DNA from: Anthoceros angustus
Taxonomy: Eukaryota > Plantae > Anthocerotophyta
Assembly: GCA_010909165.1 (NCBI GenBank)
Contig: VJWM01000107.1
Span: 62,001 to 126,000, forward strand
DNA: 64,000 nucleotides
Direction of reading: 5' to 3'
Positions 25,007-37,300 of this stretch are shown here, piece after piece. A program made the translations under genes and the position numbers. Every line of letters starts with the position of its first letter. The first letter of the stretch is position 1. The notes under the pieces were generated by a model. That model was not told the DNA's origin, did not search any database, and was given only the letters and a program-made list of their open reading frames with translations.

Positions 25007-25285
25007 GCCATGTTGCCCTTCCTTCTACAATGTAACACACTGCCATCTTAGCATACCCTAGAGCCATGTTGCCCTTCCTTGTGCAATGTAACACACCCAT
25101 CTCAGTATACCCTAAAGCCATGTTGCCCTTCCTTGCGCAACTTGACACACTGCCATCTCAACTTTCTCTAAAGCCATGTTGCCCTTCCTTCTGCAACATA
25201 ACAAACCACCATCTCAGCATTCCCTAAAGCGATAAGCCCTTCCTTTTGCAATGTAAGCCCTTCCTTTTGCAATGTAACACACCGT
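25007..25285. repeat. Diverged ~55-bp minisatellite, about 5 copies
   Basis: The core GCCATGTTGCCCTTCCTT recurs four times, each followed by related CAA...ACAC..CCATCT.AG...CCCTAAA tails; shorter GCCCTTCCTTTTGCAATGTAA copies follow. Confidence 0.88.
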
Positions 25286-26549
25286 GCAGCTATATGTCTA
25301 GGAAGTATGCTTCCCTTACATTATATAATTCCTATATAATTCCTATAGTTGTCCTGGCTACGCTTGCACGAGTTTGAATGCAAATAGTGTACAAGGCCAA
25401 GTATGTAACACGTCAAAACAGGTGGTTTAGCCGGCATATAGCCCTCGGTGCAGGAGCTATATCCATTTCACGGAGCTTTAGTGCAAGTGCAACTGGAAGT
25501 GCTTGTGGTATGTTGCTGTGTATTGTACTGTGGTCGATCCATCCCCGGCCATGGATTGAGAAACAAGGCACATCAGGCATTTTTTATGTCCACTGTAGGC
25601 CCACGCTTCTTCTCCGCTTCTCACTTGTAAACTGGGCAGTTGTTTAGAATCCTATTCAAGGCCTTCGTGTTGCCACATCTTCTAGATGTCTCCCACCGGA
25701 GGTAGTTTGCCACTACTTGTGACAATTACCAGACAATTACAAAGCACTTTCACAGAACAACATCTCTAGTCACTGGTGGACGCATTTCCACCGACCAGCA
25801 AATCATTAGAAGAAGATTATAGGTATCGTTGAAAGAAATTAGCAGTTGAAGGAGGCAGGTCATGCGGCTCAGCACGCCATAGCCAGGTGAAAAGTGTCAA
25901 TCGCTACTACATAATATTCATCCGCAAATAAGAATAATCGTCGGCTCTGCATTGCCGCTCTGCAGGGAGTTCGACAAACTTCAACTACCAAGTTACAGGC
26001 ATAAGGAGCACTCAGGGAGGGTACCTTGACAAGCCTTTGATCTTCTGCAGCCGTTTGGCTACTTCATACAGACAATCCACGGGATGGACTCCTCCGAACG
26101 GCAACAATCGATAGCCATGTACATGTACGCCCCTGACGAAGACCATCTCTCCAGCGGAAGTCATTCCATCCCACAACCTGCAGTCCTACCCATGAGCCAT
26201 CACTAAGTACAGCCAGACACCCACTGTCCCTGTTGTGCCTCTACTGCGTGCGCTGTAAACTGGAGTTCCAAGGAATGTGTGTTTCGGACTCCATTATCAA
26301 CAACGCTCTGTACATACGCAAGCCTGAGCTGAGATATTCTCAACAATACGTCTTGGCACCCATCATCGTGCAATTGCCGGACCGGCAAATGTCACCTATA
26401 TCGTGATGGGTTGTAATATCCTGCAGGATCTTGCTCATTACGACCTTCACACTGGCTCCTCAGAAACGATGCTCGAACACGCCCATTTAGAAGCTCGAAG
26501 ACGTTAGAGCCAGATAAGCTGCCACACATCTCCACTTTTCATGCGTGAT

Positions 26550-29500
26550 CTACTTGGGCCCATGATCCAATGCGCTCCAAGTGAAAGGAGGAACCACACA
26601 GCTCACACGGGGTGCTCCTCTCAGGAAAACACAGACCACAACACATACACAAGCAACTGCGACCATGCATAACAAGAAAGGTCGATGCATTTGACCCCTT
26701 ATGCCCCCCATAAAAGCTCTCTTGTTCCTCGACATAGCAACCAATGTCATTTCCTTCTTCTGGTTAGCTCCGCTTGTGTTCATACCATGGATGGGACTGA
26801 ATTTTCTCTCATTCCCTCCAACAGCCAGGTGAGTCTGCTGCCCCAGTACGCGGCTCTTTCCAGCTGGATGTGGCTTCCACAGGGTCTGAGACTGGAGGCG
26901 TGCCACTGTCCCCCTAACCATCGCTACATAACGCAATTTTCCGCTTGCAATCGCACAGTTCAGAGGAGTCTGACCACTTGCATCCCGTGCATTGCTCCAC
27001 GCATGTATACCTACCTGGCCAGAATCATTGGTTAGAACATCAATAACGGCTTCAGCATCTTGCATCCCAGCAGCGATATGCAAAGGAGTGATGCCCCTGG
27101 GGCCAGGCATATCTGGAGTGAACATGGGGGAATGCACCGCTTTCATATCTGATACGCCTGCATCTGGATTTCCAGCCCCATCCAGAGGCAGATTGGGGAC
27201 ATATGCAAGCAGAAGCTCAACCATGGATCTACAATTCCTCCTTACTGCTCTGTGCAACAGAGTCACTCCTCCATGCAGGGCTCCGACAGCCCCCAAAGAT
27301 AACCTGTCCACAGCCACCTCTGCAGATGCAAAGTACAAGTCCAGCAGCTTCTTCACCAGAGCACACCAATCCCGTTCCACTGAATAGACAAGCAGGCGCT
27401 CAAGGCGCGAACTTATCCTACTAGAACCATCCAAATGTCCCGGTTCTGGACTAGCCATGCTTCTCTGCAAAAGCCATCCTAGTTCAAACAGGAACCTCCT
27501 CACTTCAGCCTCAGCGGCTGCCCGAGCTGTGTTCGCATACTCGGACACTTCATCGGGCAGGAGGCCACTATCTTCAGCTTTTTGTGCTGCTTTCTGTGCT
27601 GCAACTTCTACCTCATCCTCCAGGGTGCGGATCTCTGCACAAACAGCACTCTCTGCAACTAATACAGGCAACGTATTGCCCTTGCTTGCACTCTGCTCCA
27701 CCTCAATAAAGCATCTGCCACAGGAACTGAGTGGGCCACAATCAAAGCCAAACCGCTGACCAGGTAGAAGATGATGACCAAGAGGCCCACCTTGATAACT
27801 CTCCACAGCATCCTCTGACTCTAGTAGCGAAGGCCTTCCAAGGAGACTCTTTCCTTTATACAAGCAGTTAACTCGTGCGTGAGCTTTCCCAAGGTTATAC
27901 CCTCTCAAGACAAGCCTGGTCTTATGATCCAACACAACGGCAATTGGTCTAACCGACAGAATGTGTGGAGGGAAAAGTGGGGTCATCACCCTATGCATCT
28001 GGACCTTGCCATCAGAGATGAAGATCGTTTGTTCCTCTACCTGCACTTCAATCCGTCCTGTGCTCCAAAAGTCTGGCGATGCCTCCAAGAGAGGGTGCCA
28101 ACTCCACCGCAGTCTTCTACATATGCGCTCCCACGCATTATCAGGTAAAGACAGAAAAATGGTTAACATCACACAGCCTGGTTTGATGTAGCTCTCCATA
28201 TCTGAGGGTGTACGGGACAGCCAGTCAAGGATCTGAGAGCGAAGGCTCTGGGGAAAGTCTCCTGGATTCCTATCAAACAGCTTGATCAGTATCCGACCAA
28301 CCAGATCTTGGCTGTCTGCATTTGAGCCCTCCGGAGAGAAGTCAGATCCCGAAGTGGAGTTTTCGCTTGTCTTCTGAGTTGCTGGTTGCTGCAAGTGAAG
28401 AGTTGGCTGCAAAGAGTGCGCATCCTCGGCTTGAGACATTCTACTCTGCCCATGCAACAAGGCCAGCATGCCATTTCCCACACCATCTCGACCAGGACTA
28501 GAAGATGTATCATTCATGGTGGCTCGACTTTCACTGCTAGATTGAAGTGGGAATAATCTGTGAGCCACCGGAGTGGACTTGGACCAACCTTGTGACACGT
28601 CCATGAAGACTTCGGCGGATTGCCTCGACATGGTGGATCTGGAAGGAAGATGAGGCACATCATTCGGTTTGGATGCCCCACCAGAGGAGGGAGGCGACCG
28701 CACATGCCTTCCGTTAGACTGCGGCTCCACCGCATTGGCACCAGGGCCGAGGGAAAAGGTGCCAGACTTGTCCCCCCGAACTGTCTGAGAGTGGAACTCT
28801 CTGCTGTCCTTGGAGGCCTGGGATGCCTGGGCTTTGATTAGCTGAGACAGTTTCTCTTGCGCCGTGGCAAACGCTGAAGAGAAAAGCTGCTTCTCAGCAA
28901 CTTCATGCCCATTCTGTGGAGCATACGGAGTGGACGCAGCGCTGCCAGCTACAGCGTTGCAGTTACCGTTGCCGTTCACATGGCCGTTACCATGCGCATT
29001 CCCATTGATGTTGTGATCTGCGTTCAAGTCCCCCGACCTGCCGTTCATGCATGCCTTCTGGTAATACTGGAGGAAAGCCTCCTGATTGTTGACCATCCCA
29101 TTCAACCCTTCGAAGGCCTTGGACGCCTGCAGCTGAGTCAACATATGCAGGAAGCCAAGAATGCCAGCTCCTTTGGAAGCAGCGAAGTCAGAAGTCTCCG
29201 CAAGCAGGTACGCTTGAGCAGCAGCAGCATCAGGCTGGGTCTTCCTCCTGCGCTTGTTGTGCCCGGCCAAGCGCCTACGGCAGCTCCTCTTCCCTTCGTC
29301 AAACTCGGCCAGAGGGTGGAATCTGCTACACTGCTGGCAGAAGCGCTGCAACTGATGCGCCACCATAGCCTTGGACGCCTTGGAGTGGGGCTCACAGACC
29401 TTGTGCCTCCTGTGGTAATCCTTGGACAGCCTCAGATCAGCCTTACAGTCGTCCACCTGACAGGTCGGGAACTGAGCCCCGGGCGAGGAAGAACGGTACC

Positions 29501-29978
29501 GCTTGTTGATCCTGGCCCCGTTCCCTGCCTCCTCTCCTGCAAGAAAGAAGGAGCTGCCACCAAGCTTGAGATCCAGCCCACCCGACGCCTCCGGGGAGTC
29601 CCGGGACAAAAACTCCTGCTCAATTCTGGGCTCCCGCACCCCCGCCTCGAACAGATTGCATGCCCCTCCCGCATCATTGTTGTGGTTGTTCCCCCCGCTG
29701 TCCTCGTAGCTCGCCGTGGCCGACCTGTCCCCATTCCCGTCCGCCCCATCTCCCGAGGCGGGCTGGGCCACGAATCTGACGGGATCCCAGTCCCAGGAAC
29801 TCTGATCCCAGTCCGCCTTATGCCTCCGCTCCACGGCCACCCCACCATTCGACACATCGAGGAAACCCTCCCCGTGCCTCGCAAGGGCCGACCTCGAAGA
29901 CATGAGAGCGAGCTCCTCCGGCCGGGATCCGAGAGCTACGAAGGGCAAGGACAGGGAATTGAAGGGTTCGGCAAACAT
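26550..29978 (-). CDS. SPL: SQUAMOSA promoter-binding-like transcription factor, SPL1/12/14/16 type (SBP + conserved middle domain + ankyrin + C-terminal TM), single exon, 1142 aa (alternative start 29903)
   Basis: One uninterrupted ORF containing WDQSSWDWDPVRFVAQP; SBP domain CQVDDC...HRRHKVC...RFCQQCSRFH...EGKRSCRRRLAGHNKRRRKT; RILIKLFDRNPGDFP...MESYIKPGC; ankyrin GITPLHIAAG; TM RPFLLCMVAVACVCVVVCVFLRGAP. Confidence 0.97.
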   Translation of the reverse strand: MFAEPFNSLSLPFVALGSRPEELALMSSRSALARHGEGFLDVSNGGVAVERRHKADWDQSSWDWDPVRFVAQPASGDGADGNGDRSATASYEDSGGNNHNNDAGGACNLFEAGVREPRIEQEFLSRDSPEASGGLDLKLGGSSFFLAGEEAGNGARINKRYRSSSPGAQFPTCQVDDCKADLRLSKDYHRRHKVCEPHSKASKAMVAHQLQRFCQQCSRFHPLAEFDEGKRSCRRRLAGHNKRRRKTQPDAAAAQAYLLAETSDFAASKGAGILGFLHMLTQLQASKAFEGLNGMVNNQEAFLQYYQKACMNGRSGDLNADHNINGNAHGNGHVNGNGNCNAVAGSAASTPYAPQNGHEVAEKQLFSSAFATAQEKLSQLIKAQASQASKDSREFHSQTVRGDKSGTFSLGPGANAVEPQSNGRHVRSPPSSGGASKPNDVPHLPSRSTMSRQSAEVFMDVSQGWSKSTPVAHRLFPLQSSSESRATMNDTSSSPGRDGVGNGMLALLHGQSRMSQAEDAHSLQPTLHLQQPATQKTSENSTSGSDFSPEGSNADSQDLVGRILIKLFDRNPGDFPQSLRSQILDWLSRTPSDMESYIKPGCVMLTIFLSLPDNAWERICRRLRWSWHPLLEASPDFWSTGRIEVQVEEQTIFISDGKVQMHRVMTPLFPPHILSVRPIAVVLDHKTRLVLRGYNLGKAHARVNCLYKGKSLLGRPSLLESEDAVESYQGGPLGHHLLPGQRFGFDCGPLSSCGRCFIEVEQSASKGNTLPVLVAESAVCAEIRTLEDEVEVAAQKAAQKAEDSGLLPDEVSEYANTARAAAEAEVRRFLFELGWLLQRSMASPEPGHLDGSSRISSRLERLLVYSVERDWCALVKKLLDLYFASAEVAVDRLSLGAVGALHGGVTLLHRAVRRNCRSMVELLLAYVPNLPLDGAGNPDAGVSDMKAVHSPMFTPDMPGPRGITPLHIAAGMQDAEAVIDVLTNDSGQVGIHAWSNARDASGQTPLNCAIASGKLRYVAMVRGTVARLQSQTLWKPHPAGKSRVLGQQTHLAVGGNERKFSPIHGMNTSGANQKKEMTLVAMSRNKRAFMGGIRGQMHRPFLLCMVAVACVCVVVCVFLRGAPRVSCVVPPFTWSALDHGPK

Positions 29979-31312
29979 CTAGACTGCTGCTTCACGCCCC
30001 CTCCCCTTTCCCTTCCTCTGCAGCACACACTCTGGCAGCCCACCACCCTCATCCGACCAGCATCAGAAGCTGCAGCTGCAGCACTATCACCACCCCAACC
30101 ATCATCCCCCTGCGCATGGGAGCAGAAACCTCCCGTTCACCTTGCCCTCAGGCTCAGGACAAACCAATGCAAGCTCAACCAGGAGGGAAATGGGCGAGAA
30201 GGCCAAGGCGAAGGAGAAGTGAGGGAGAGCAGGGCTGCCTCCGACGCATGATACCCCGTCACGGGAGTTGCAGCCCTCCTCGCAGCCCGTGGTCCTTGTC
30301 ACTGCTCACCGTTCCGTAGCATGGGCACAGCAAGGTCTGTCACGCCATCGGCACCATGCCCACTCCAGCTGCCCGCAGTTGCTGCCTGCTGGGAAGGAGG
30401 AGGAGGGGAAGGACAGAACGAGAGAGGGGGCAGGTGGACGTATCGCCGTACAGTCACACAGTCGAGGAGACTTCGTTGCCTGCTCTCGACATCCATGGAC
30501 TGGGCACCAGTGTGAGAGTGGGAGTACAGAGAGTGAGCTCATCAACCCCCCGCCGTCCGCGTCTGCTGCTGCGAGCTGCGAGCCAGATACGCTTCTCGAG
30601 CTCCTTTTCAAGGATTCTTATATAATTGACCGACTTCTTACATACATTATACACGAAGACGAATCGCGGAATCTCGTCGTGTGTGAGCGAGACCTTGGCA
30701 ACGAACGACCGACTTACACCCGCAAAGGGCACAGATGTATGCTGCTGCAGGTTTGTTAGCGTTGTGTACGTTGGATGGCTTTCTCTGTGTTTTCCCAGTT
30801 TGGCAACGGATGGACAGAGAGCGTGTGGGCTCCATCTAAACGCCCCTTGCATGATCGTCTTAACATGGAGCACGCAAAGGGCGCCGGCTTCCCCTGCCTA
30901 ATCAGTTGCTTCAGTCAGGGCACCGAGCAAGCATGATTTTGATACGCAGAGCATGAGTTTGATAAGCAGCTTCTTCTTCCAATACTTTGGCAAGTTCACA
31001 AGTTCACCATGGCAACAGCTGACTGAGCAAACCCAGTATAAATAAGCCAATCTAGCCTCAGACTGGACATAACCACCACATTCTACGCTGATGTACACAA
31101 CATACATTAGCACCGCCGCAAGAGAAGGAGAGGGGGGGAGGGGGAGGGGGGAGAAAGGACCTAGACTAAATGGTGGTTGTTATCAACCGCAAGAACGTGC
31201 ACGCCCATTGCCATCATAATTGTACATTTCCTACAGTGCTATCTCCGCCCTGTGGAACTACTAGGAATGCCATTGGGGAAAAACAGCACCATCAACTGAT
31301 GTACATCCCACT

Positions 31313-34300
31313 TCACCTCACCTTCCTTTTCCGAACTCTCACGGTCCCCTGCAAAACAGAACCTCTGCTCACCAAACAAGCCACTCCCTGCACGCTTCAA
31401 CTAAGTTTCGTGCTTGGAGGGACTTACCACCGCCTCATCATCTGAGTTTTCAGCTGCACCTGTTTCAGAACCAGACTTTGCTGCACCGTCCGTAGCTACT
31501 TTTTTCTCACCACTAACGCTTTCAGCAGGTGCTTTCGACGGAGGCACAGCTCTCTTGATCTTCATAGTGTCCCCCACCGTGGCTGTCAGGAGTCGTACCC
31601 ACATTTCAGGACTGTGTATACAATCATCTCCACAGCTCATTCCCCTGAACATCATGAATTTTGCAGCTCACCTTTGTGGGCTCCACGACCTGAGATTTTT
31701 GCCTTTGTGCCACCTCCCTTGTCCACCAAAGGCTGGTCATTGTCAGCTTCAGTTAAGTCCAGCGCAAAGGGGTCCACAGCCGGAGCTGGGGTGGTCCCGG
31801 CATTTGACGGACTTGAAGGTGGAGGCGATGAAGCATCATCATGCTTTGCTTCTGATGTCAATCCACCGCTCTTATGCTGAGCACGTGTGTCCTGCATACC
31901 ACTCCCTGACTCCGTGGTAGGCTCTCTCTCCGTCCTCCCACCCGGGGACTGGTTTCTGCCATTCCGAAAAGAAATTCATGAAAAGCCCAAAAACCCAGGA
32001 CAAACCCAATGAGATGACTAAAAGGAAAATACATGGGCAGAGACCAATAGGAGGCTTTGAACTCACAATTCATCACCATCAGGCCCATCCGATGCGCCAG
32101 TCTTCTCTGCCGGGTCATGAAGGGAAGCTCCTTGGAAAGCTTTTTTCAGCTTCCCTCTCCTGACGCAAATACCACACTCACATGAACTTCCAAAAGATTG
32201 ACAATGCATGCAAATAATCCAAAACGCTGGAAGCTTTTCAGAGCTAAAGAAAATGGAAGAGTCCCAACTGATTATTTTGCGAAGATGTTGGCGTTGATGG
32301 TGCCTCTGATGCTCTCTGCATAGGCGACAAACGTTATCAGCAGAGTCCTAGGTCACGAATACACCTCAATTAAAAATACACTGCACCTTTTTCCGAGAAG
32401 ACTCCTCCTTTATGATGGTCCACCGTTCCTTGGACAGACGAAGGTTCTCCACATCCCCATCGTCATAAAGAATCTGACATTTCTCAAAAATTCAGACTCA
32501 GACATGAAGGCCAATAACAGGCCGCAGGTACTGAAAGAAGAGACTTCCTACCTTGTGCTTTTTGGTCTTTGCATCGTACTGTGTAACCCTGCCTTTATAA
32601 TACCTGCATATGAACGCACAATATCAGTTTTTTCTTTTAGAACATACAGTTGTCCTTATCAGCCATCACTTTCACCAGCACGCAAGCCAGCTTCTCAAGA
32701 TTACAAATACAAATTCTGGACATCAGGATGTGGTAACTTCACTCACTCCTTGTCAAGGGGCCACCAGACCTTGACCCTAGCATTTACCAGCTCGTCACCA
32801 GGCTCCTCACCCTTAGCTTTGCCAGCACTCTGAATGTAGATGCAGATTAGGACACACAAAGGTAAGTGGCTCAAAATCCACACAGCTTGCAACTGTAAAT
32901 GCTGAGACAAACCTTTTCAGCTGCTGGAGTTGTGGATTGCTTTGCCGCCTGGATAGGTGTGTCGGTATCTGCATTCTTAGGTAACTTTGCCTTCGGAGTT
33001 TGTTTTGGACCCTCTGTTGCTCTCCTCTTTGGTGGAGAAGCCGTCCTTACTGCTTCTGCAGAGGCCTGCACAGGTACAGAAGGATTCGTAGCACCACCAA
33101 GATATTAGAGTTCACCTAGCTAACCTCTTGGTTGTCATGTAGACACAGCCCCACAAAAGCACAATAACAGCCTTTCTGTATAGCATGGATCTTCAAAGCC
33201 TCATATCCTCCAGTCCCCACCTTTTTAGGCTTCCGACCAGAGGATGTTTCCCCAGACGGCTTTGCTGCTGACTTCTTCGAAGAGACAGGTGTCTTCTGAT
33301 TCCCAACAGACTTTTTGGAGCTACCAAGTCGCTTAGTAGCTGAGCCTGAAGCCTCCTTTGACGATGGAGCATCCTCAGCATCATCTAACGTGTTCTCCAC
33401 TGAGATTGTTGCCCCATCCGATACCTCCTGAGGCTCCACTACTACCTCAGGAACCTTGCGAGGACGCCCCCTCTTTTTCTTCTCGGGCACAACATCTTGT
33501 TGTTGCTCATTCTTTACAGCAGCCCTTGATGGTCCAGCGTTCCTTTTACGTCCCCGTTGTGATTTTGCAGGAGCAGGTGTCTGATGACTGGGCTCTGTAA
33601 TGCCTTGAGCAGCATCTGCACTTCGACTCTTTTTTGGAACATGCTCATCATTGTCCTCTTTCACAGCTTCCTCCCCTGCCGAGTCCCCATCCACAGCTTT
33701 TCTACCCCGCTTTGCACCTCCTCGAGGACTTGAAGGCTGGGTGCCACCACACTCAAGGCTCAGAGAGTAACATAACGCTGAACCATCGAAGATCTCACAG
33801 ACAGCATGCACCATATGCCGAATAAATAATAAAGTGCTTACAAGCTATTGCAGATCTTGCAAACAGCATAACCAAAGGAAAAACACATGCTGAACACATC
33901 CTGAAAAGTCTAACAAGCCATTGCTATGTTGCAGAACGGATGCTACATACAAGAAATGCAGAAGCTCAACTTAACAACCAAACAAACACATGGGCTCACC
34001 TGGACTACTCGAGAAGTGACAAACTTCAGTTTCAGCTGCCCATTTCCATCAACCAGGCATGGCGGCATATGGCTCCCATCCGCCTGCTCAGAGACAAGCT
34101 AGACAGTGTTATACAGAACCACAGTGCTGTTCACCGCTAAAGGAGCCATACGCCACAAATGGATACCTTCGATTCTGCACCCTCAACTGCTTCTGGAACT
34201 TTATAAAGAGCACTTGGAAGAGGAACCTCTCCTGGATAGGCTCCAGAGTACAATCTCTTCCGGACAAGCTCTTTGGTGATGGCTGCTCCGATGTCAGCCA

Positions 34301-37300
34301 CAGTGTAGAGAGTCTGCATCACAAGCACAAACAGAATGTTTTCATGGAGCATTTTAAACAACACCTGAGACAAGCAGCTGGCGAACTCTGCAACCATATG
34401 GCTTGTGGGGTTATGAATTGGCCTCCAAGCTACACATATTTGAAGCTGCAAGGAAACCTGTTTGACATACCTCACTTTTAGTAGGGTCAACAGCATCTTC
34501 AGCTCGCTTGATCTCTGCAAATATGGCTAGTACAGCTGGAATATTATCCACCTCCTCCTTTTTCCCAGCCTCCCCTTTAGATTCCCCATCTTGCTGAAGT
34601 AATGCTCGGAGATAGAAATGAAGCTGTCTGTTGCCAGCAGGACATATAGATGATTACTTACTTAACTAAAACCAATACTCACGTCTCTGGTGCCCTTGAC
34701 AATCGAATAGTGCTAGACAGAGTTCAGCCTAAGTAGACAATGTGAGAGAGCAGCGTCCCCTCCACTCCAACCAGAGATGCATTACAACACTATTCACAAA
34801 GTTGCAACACAGCCACAAAATAATATACAGACCTTTGGAATGGTTCATATGATGCTGCATCACCTAGAGCTTCAGGGGAGATAGGGTACTGAGGGTGATG
34901 CGCAATAACGTGCACCAGGTAGGTTAGCACATATTCTGGGTGGGATGCCAAACCACTGCCTTCTAACTGGGAAGAGAGCAACAGATGTCTTGCTCGGCCT
35001 TCTCGTCGGCACGATTCTATAAACTCAGCAGTGAATTTCTTTGCCTGGAGAAAACGGTATGTACAGAATAAGAACTAATATTGCAGTCCTCTTCCAGAAC
35101 GGAATAGCATTAGACCTCTACATACCTCATTCAAAATATCTTGAGACTTTTCTGCACCACACAGAACAAATGCACTTGCATACTTGTGGGGTAGTGATCT
35201 CTCTTTTAACCCATGCTGGACTTTCTCGATGAACCGCTGGCGAACCTCAATGATAGGGTCCTACACAAACCACAGATGACTATCAAAACAAAGGCCATGT
35301 CACATGGAGCTGAAAACATACAGGAGTGAACAAAGTTATACTGCCAACATATTGTCACAGAACTTATCTGTCATGACAGCAAAAGACATGAAAACAAATT
35401 GTTACCTGTGCAACAAGCATGGTTGACATCCACACATCCGGTTGGATCTCTTTATCCCAGCGACCTGCCAATCGGAGGACCCCCTTTGCTGCAGCTAGTC
35501 GGATGTGAGCCTTGTCAAAGTTACTGCAAGCTTGCACAATTTCAGAAGCGCTGGTCAGGAAGTGAAAGAAGCTGCACTATCAACTACATGCCAGATCAGA
35601 ACTTTTATGCAAAGAAAAAAAAAAGCCACCACTTCACACTCTCCAGACCTTGATTGCACTTCTTCAGATATTTCTCCAGATTCCAAAAGTTTGCTGATGA
35701 CACCAAGTAGACCATCCAACTTGGCAGTTTGCCGTAGATGTGCATCTCTGTTTGGCAGAAAACTCTTCACAAGAGTCTTTAAGCCATATATCTGTGTCAC
35801 AACACCACAAACCTGTTTACTGCCTCTGGTCTTGCCTTCCTAGAGACTCATATCTCAGCCTGAAAGACTATTGAATAGAATTTACCTTCAACTGACATTC
35901 CTCGCTAGGGTGTCCCCAAGAGTTTGAAGCTTGTGTCTGAAATATACAGAGTTTGTCAGTAGGACATATACAACCCATCATAAGACAAGATCAAAGGACT
36001 ACAGCCCAAGTCTTACACTTGACAGCTTCAAGAGGTTTTGAACAACAAATCGAATGATGTCACTCTCACGAGTTTCAAAAACTGGTGTGGAGTGCTGGGC
36101 AATGCAACCAAGAGACTGCAGAATAGTTGGAAGATGAGGCTTATCATCGAGGGAATCCACCAGACGCTGCAGCACAGATCTTAAATGTAAGAAGAAGGAA
36201 ACTGCAACCAATACAGCACATGCAGACAGAATATCATTATGAAAGACTGGAGTTGGAGCACAGCTGAGGGCCTACCCCATATAACAGAGACAATGTTTTC
36301 AACCCAGAGTCAGCAGTCACCGTTGCGATGGCAGAAACGGCATACTTTGCTTGTTTCCGGCTGCCCTCTAGACACATTTTCTCAAGAGTTTCATCCACTG
36401 AGCTGTAGACCAACATTTCGTTAACAAGGTTTCTGTGCACTTCTGAAATAAGGTTTGCAATTAACCTAGAAATGAAGCTTGCAGTGACTGGGAGCATGGC
36501 TTTCAGCTTTGCACCTTCCACCTTCCGCAATTTGGTCCCGAATTGAGCCACCCGCCTTTGCAAGTATATGAACAACTCCCTCTTTGACAGATTCGTCACT
36601 CTCCTTCAGCAACTCCAACAGGTCCTTGTCTGTCCCCTGGATTAGGGATGGAAAAACACTTGCAATCTCCTGCAAGAAGAGTTATAGCAATGGGTGTCAA
36701 CGGGCCAAAGCGAGGATGAAAAGTGAAAGACTCAAGTTCAAGCCTGACACTTACCACAAGCAATCCTAAGCTTGCTTTTAGGAGAGTAGACTTGCCAGCA
36801 CCTTTGTACACAGGTATCAGTTTCAATGTGGCTCGTACATGCTCCTTCCCAAACAGCATATATGAACACATTGTAGAAAGAGCTTTCATGAACTCATATT
36901 GAGGATGTTGTTTATCAGTCAACCGCTTCAGAAGGTCTTCCTGCAGATTATCAGAAAAATGAAAGCTATTGCTTGTTAGAGTATGCACACCCTCTACGTG
37001 AGGCACAACCAGAAGCAGTGTTCAGTCTGGCTCAAAGAGCATCACTAAAAAGCGTGAGAATTCCTTACACAGGCTTCACGAGACTGTTCTAAAGTTTTGT
37101 CAGGTTCCAACAGAGTTCCAAAAGTTTTGAAGATGCTGTTGTCCTTCATCTGATGCAGCTTCTGGAGATGTTCCTCGGCCTTTGTTGGGTCAACGAAGGC
37201 CACTGAGATGGCTTTGAAAGTGCTCTGAATTTTCTTCTCAATGTCAGTATTGTCTTCTTCCTGACAATAACCAGGACATGCATAATCAGGCCATAGACAT

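Noticed and set aside
24341-25285. 38-bp and ~55-bp arrays as CRISPR
   Set aside because: The 38-bp copies abut with no spacers. The variable parts of the 55-bp units are homologous to each other. There are no cas genes and the context is eukaryotic.
28905-30251. 448-aa ORF on the + strand
   Set aside because: Antisense shadow of the GC-rich SPL ORF; no recognisable domain.
30102-30496. uORFs upstream of SPL
   Set aside because: The TSS is unknown and no conserved peptide is recognisable.
31132-31151. G-rich tract as a G-quadruplex
   Set aside because: A simple purine run with only three clear G tracts and no supporting context.
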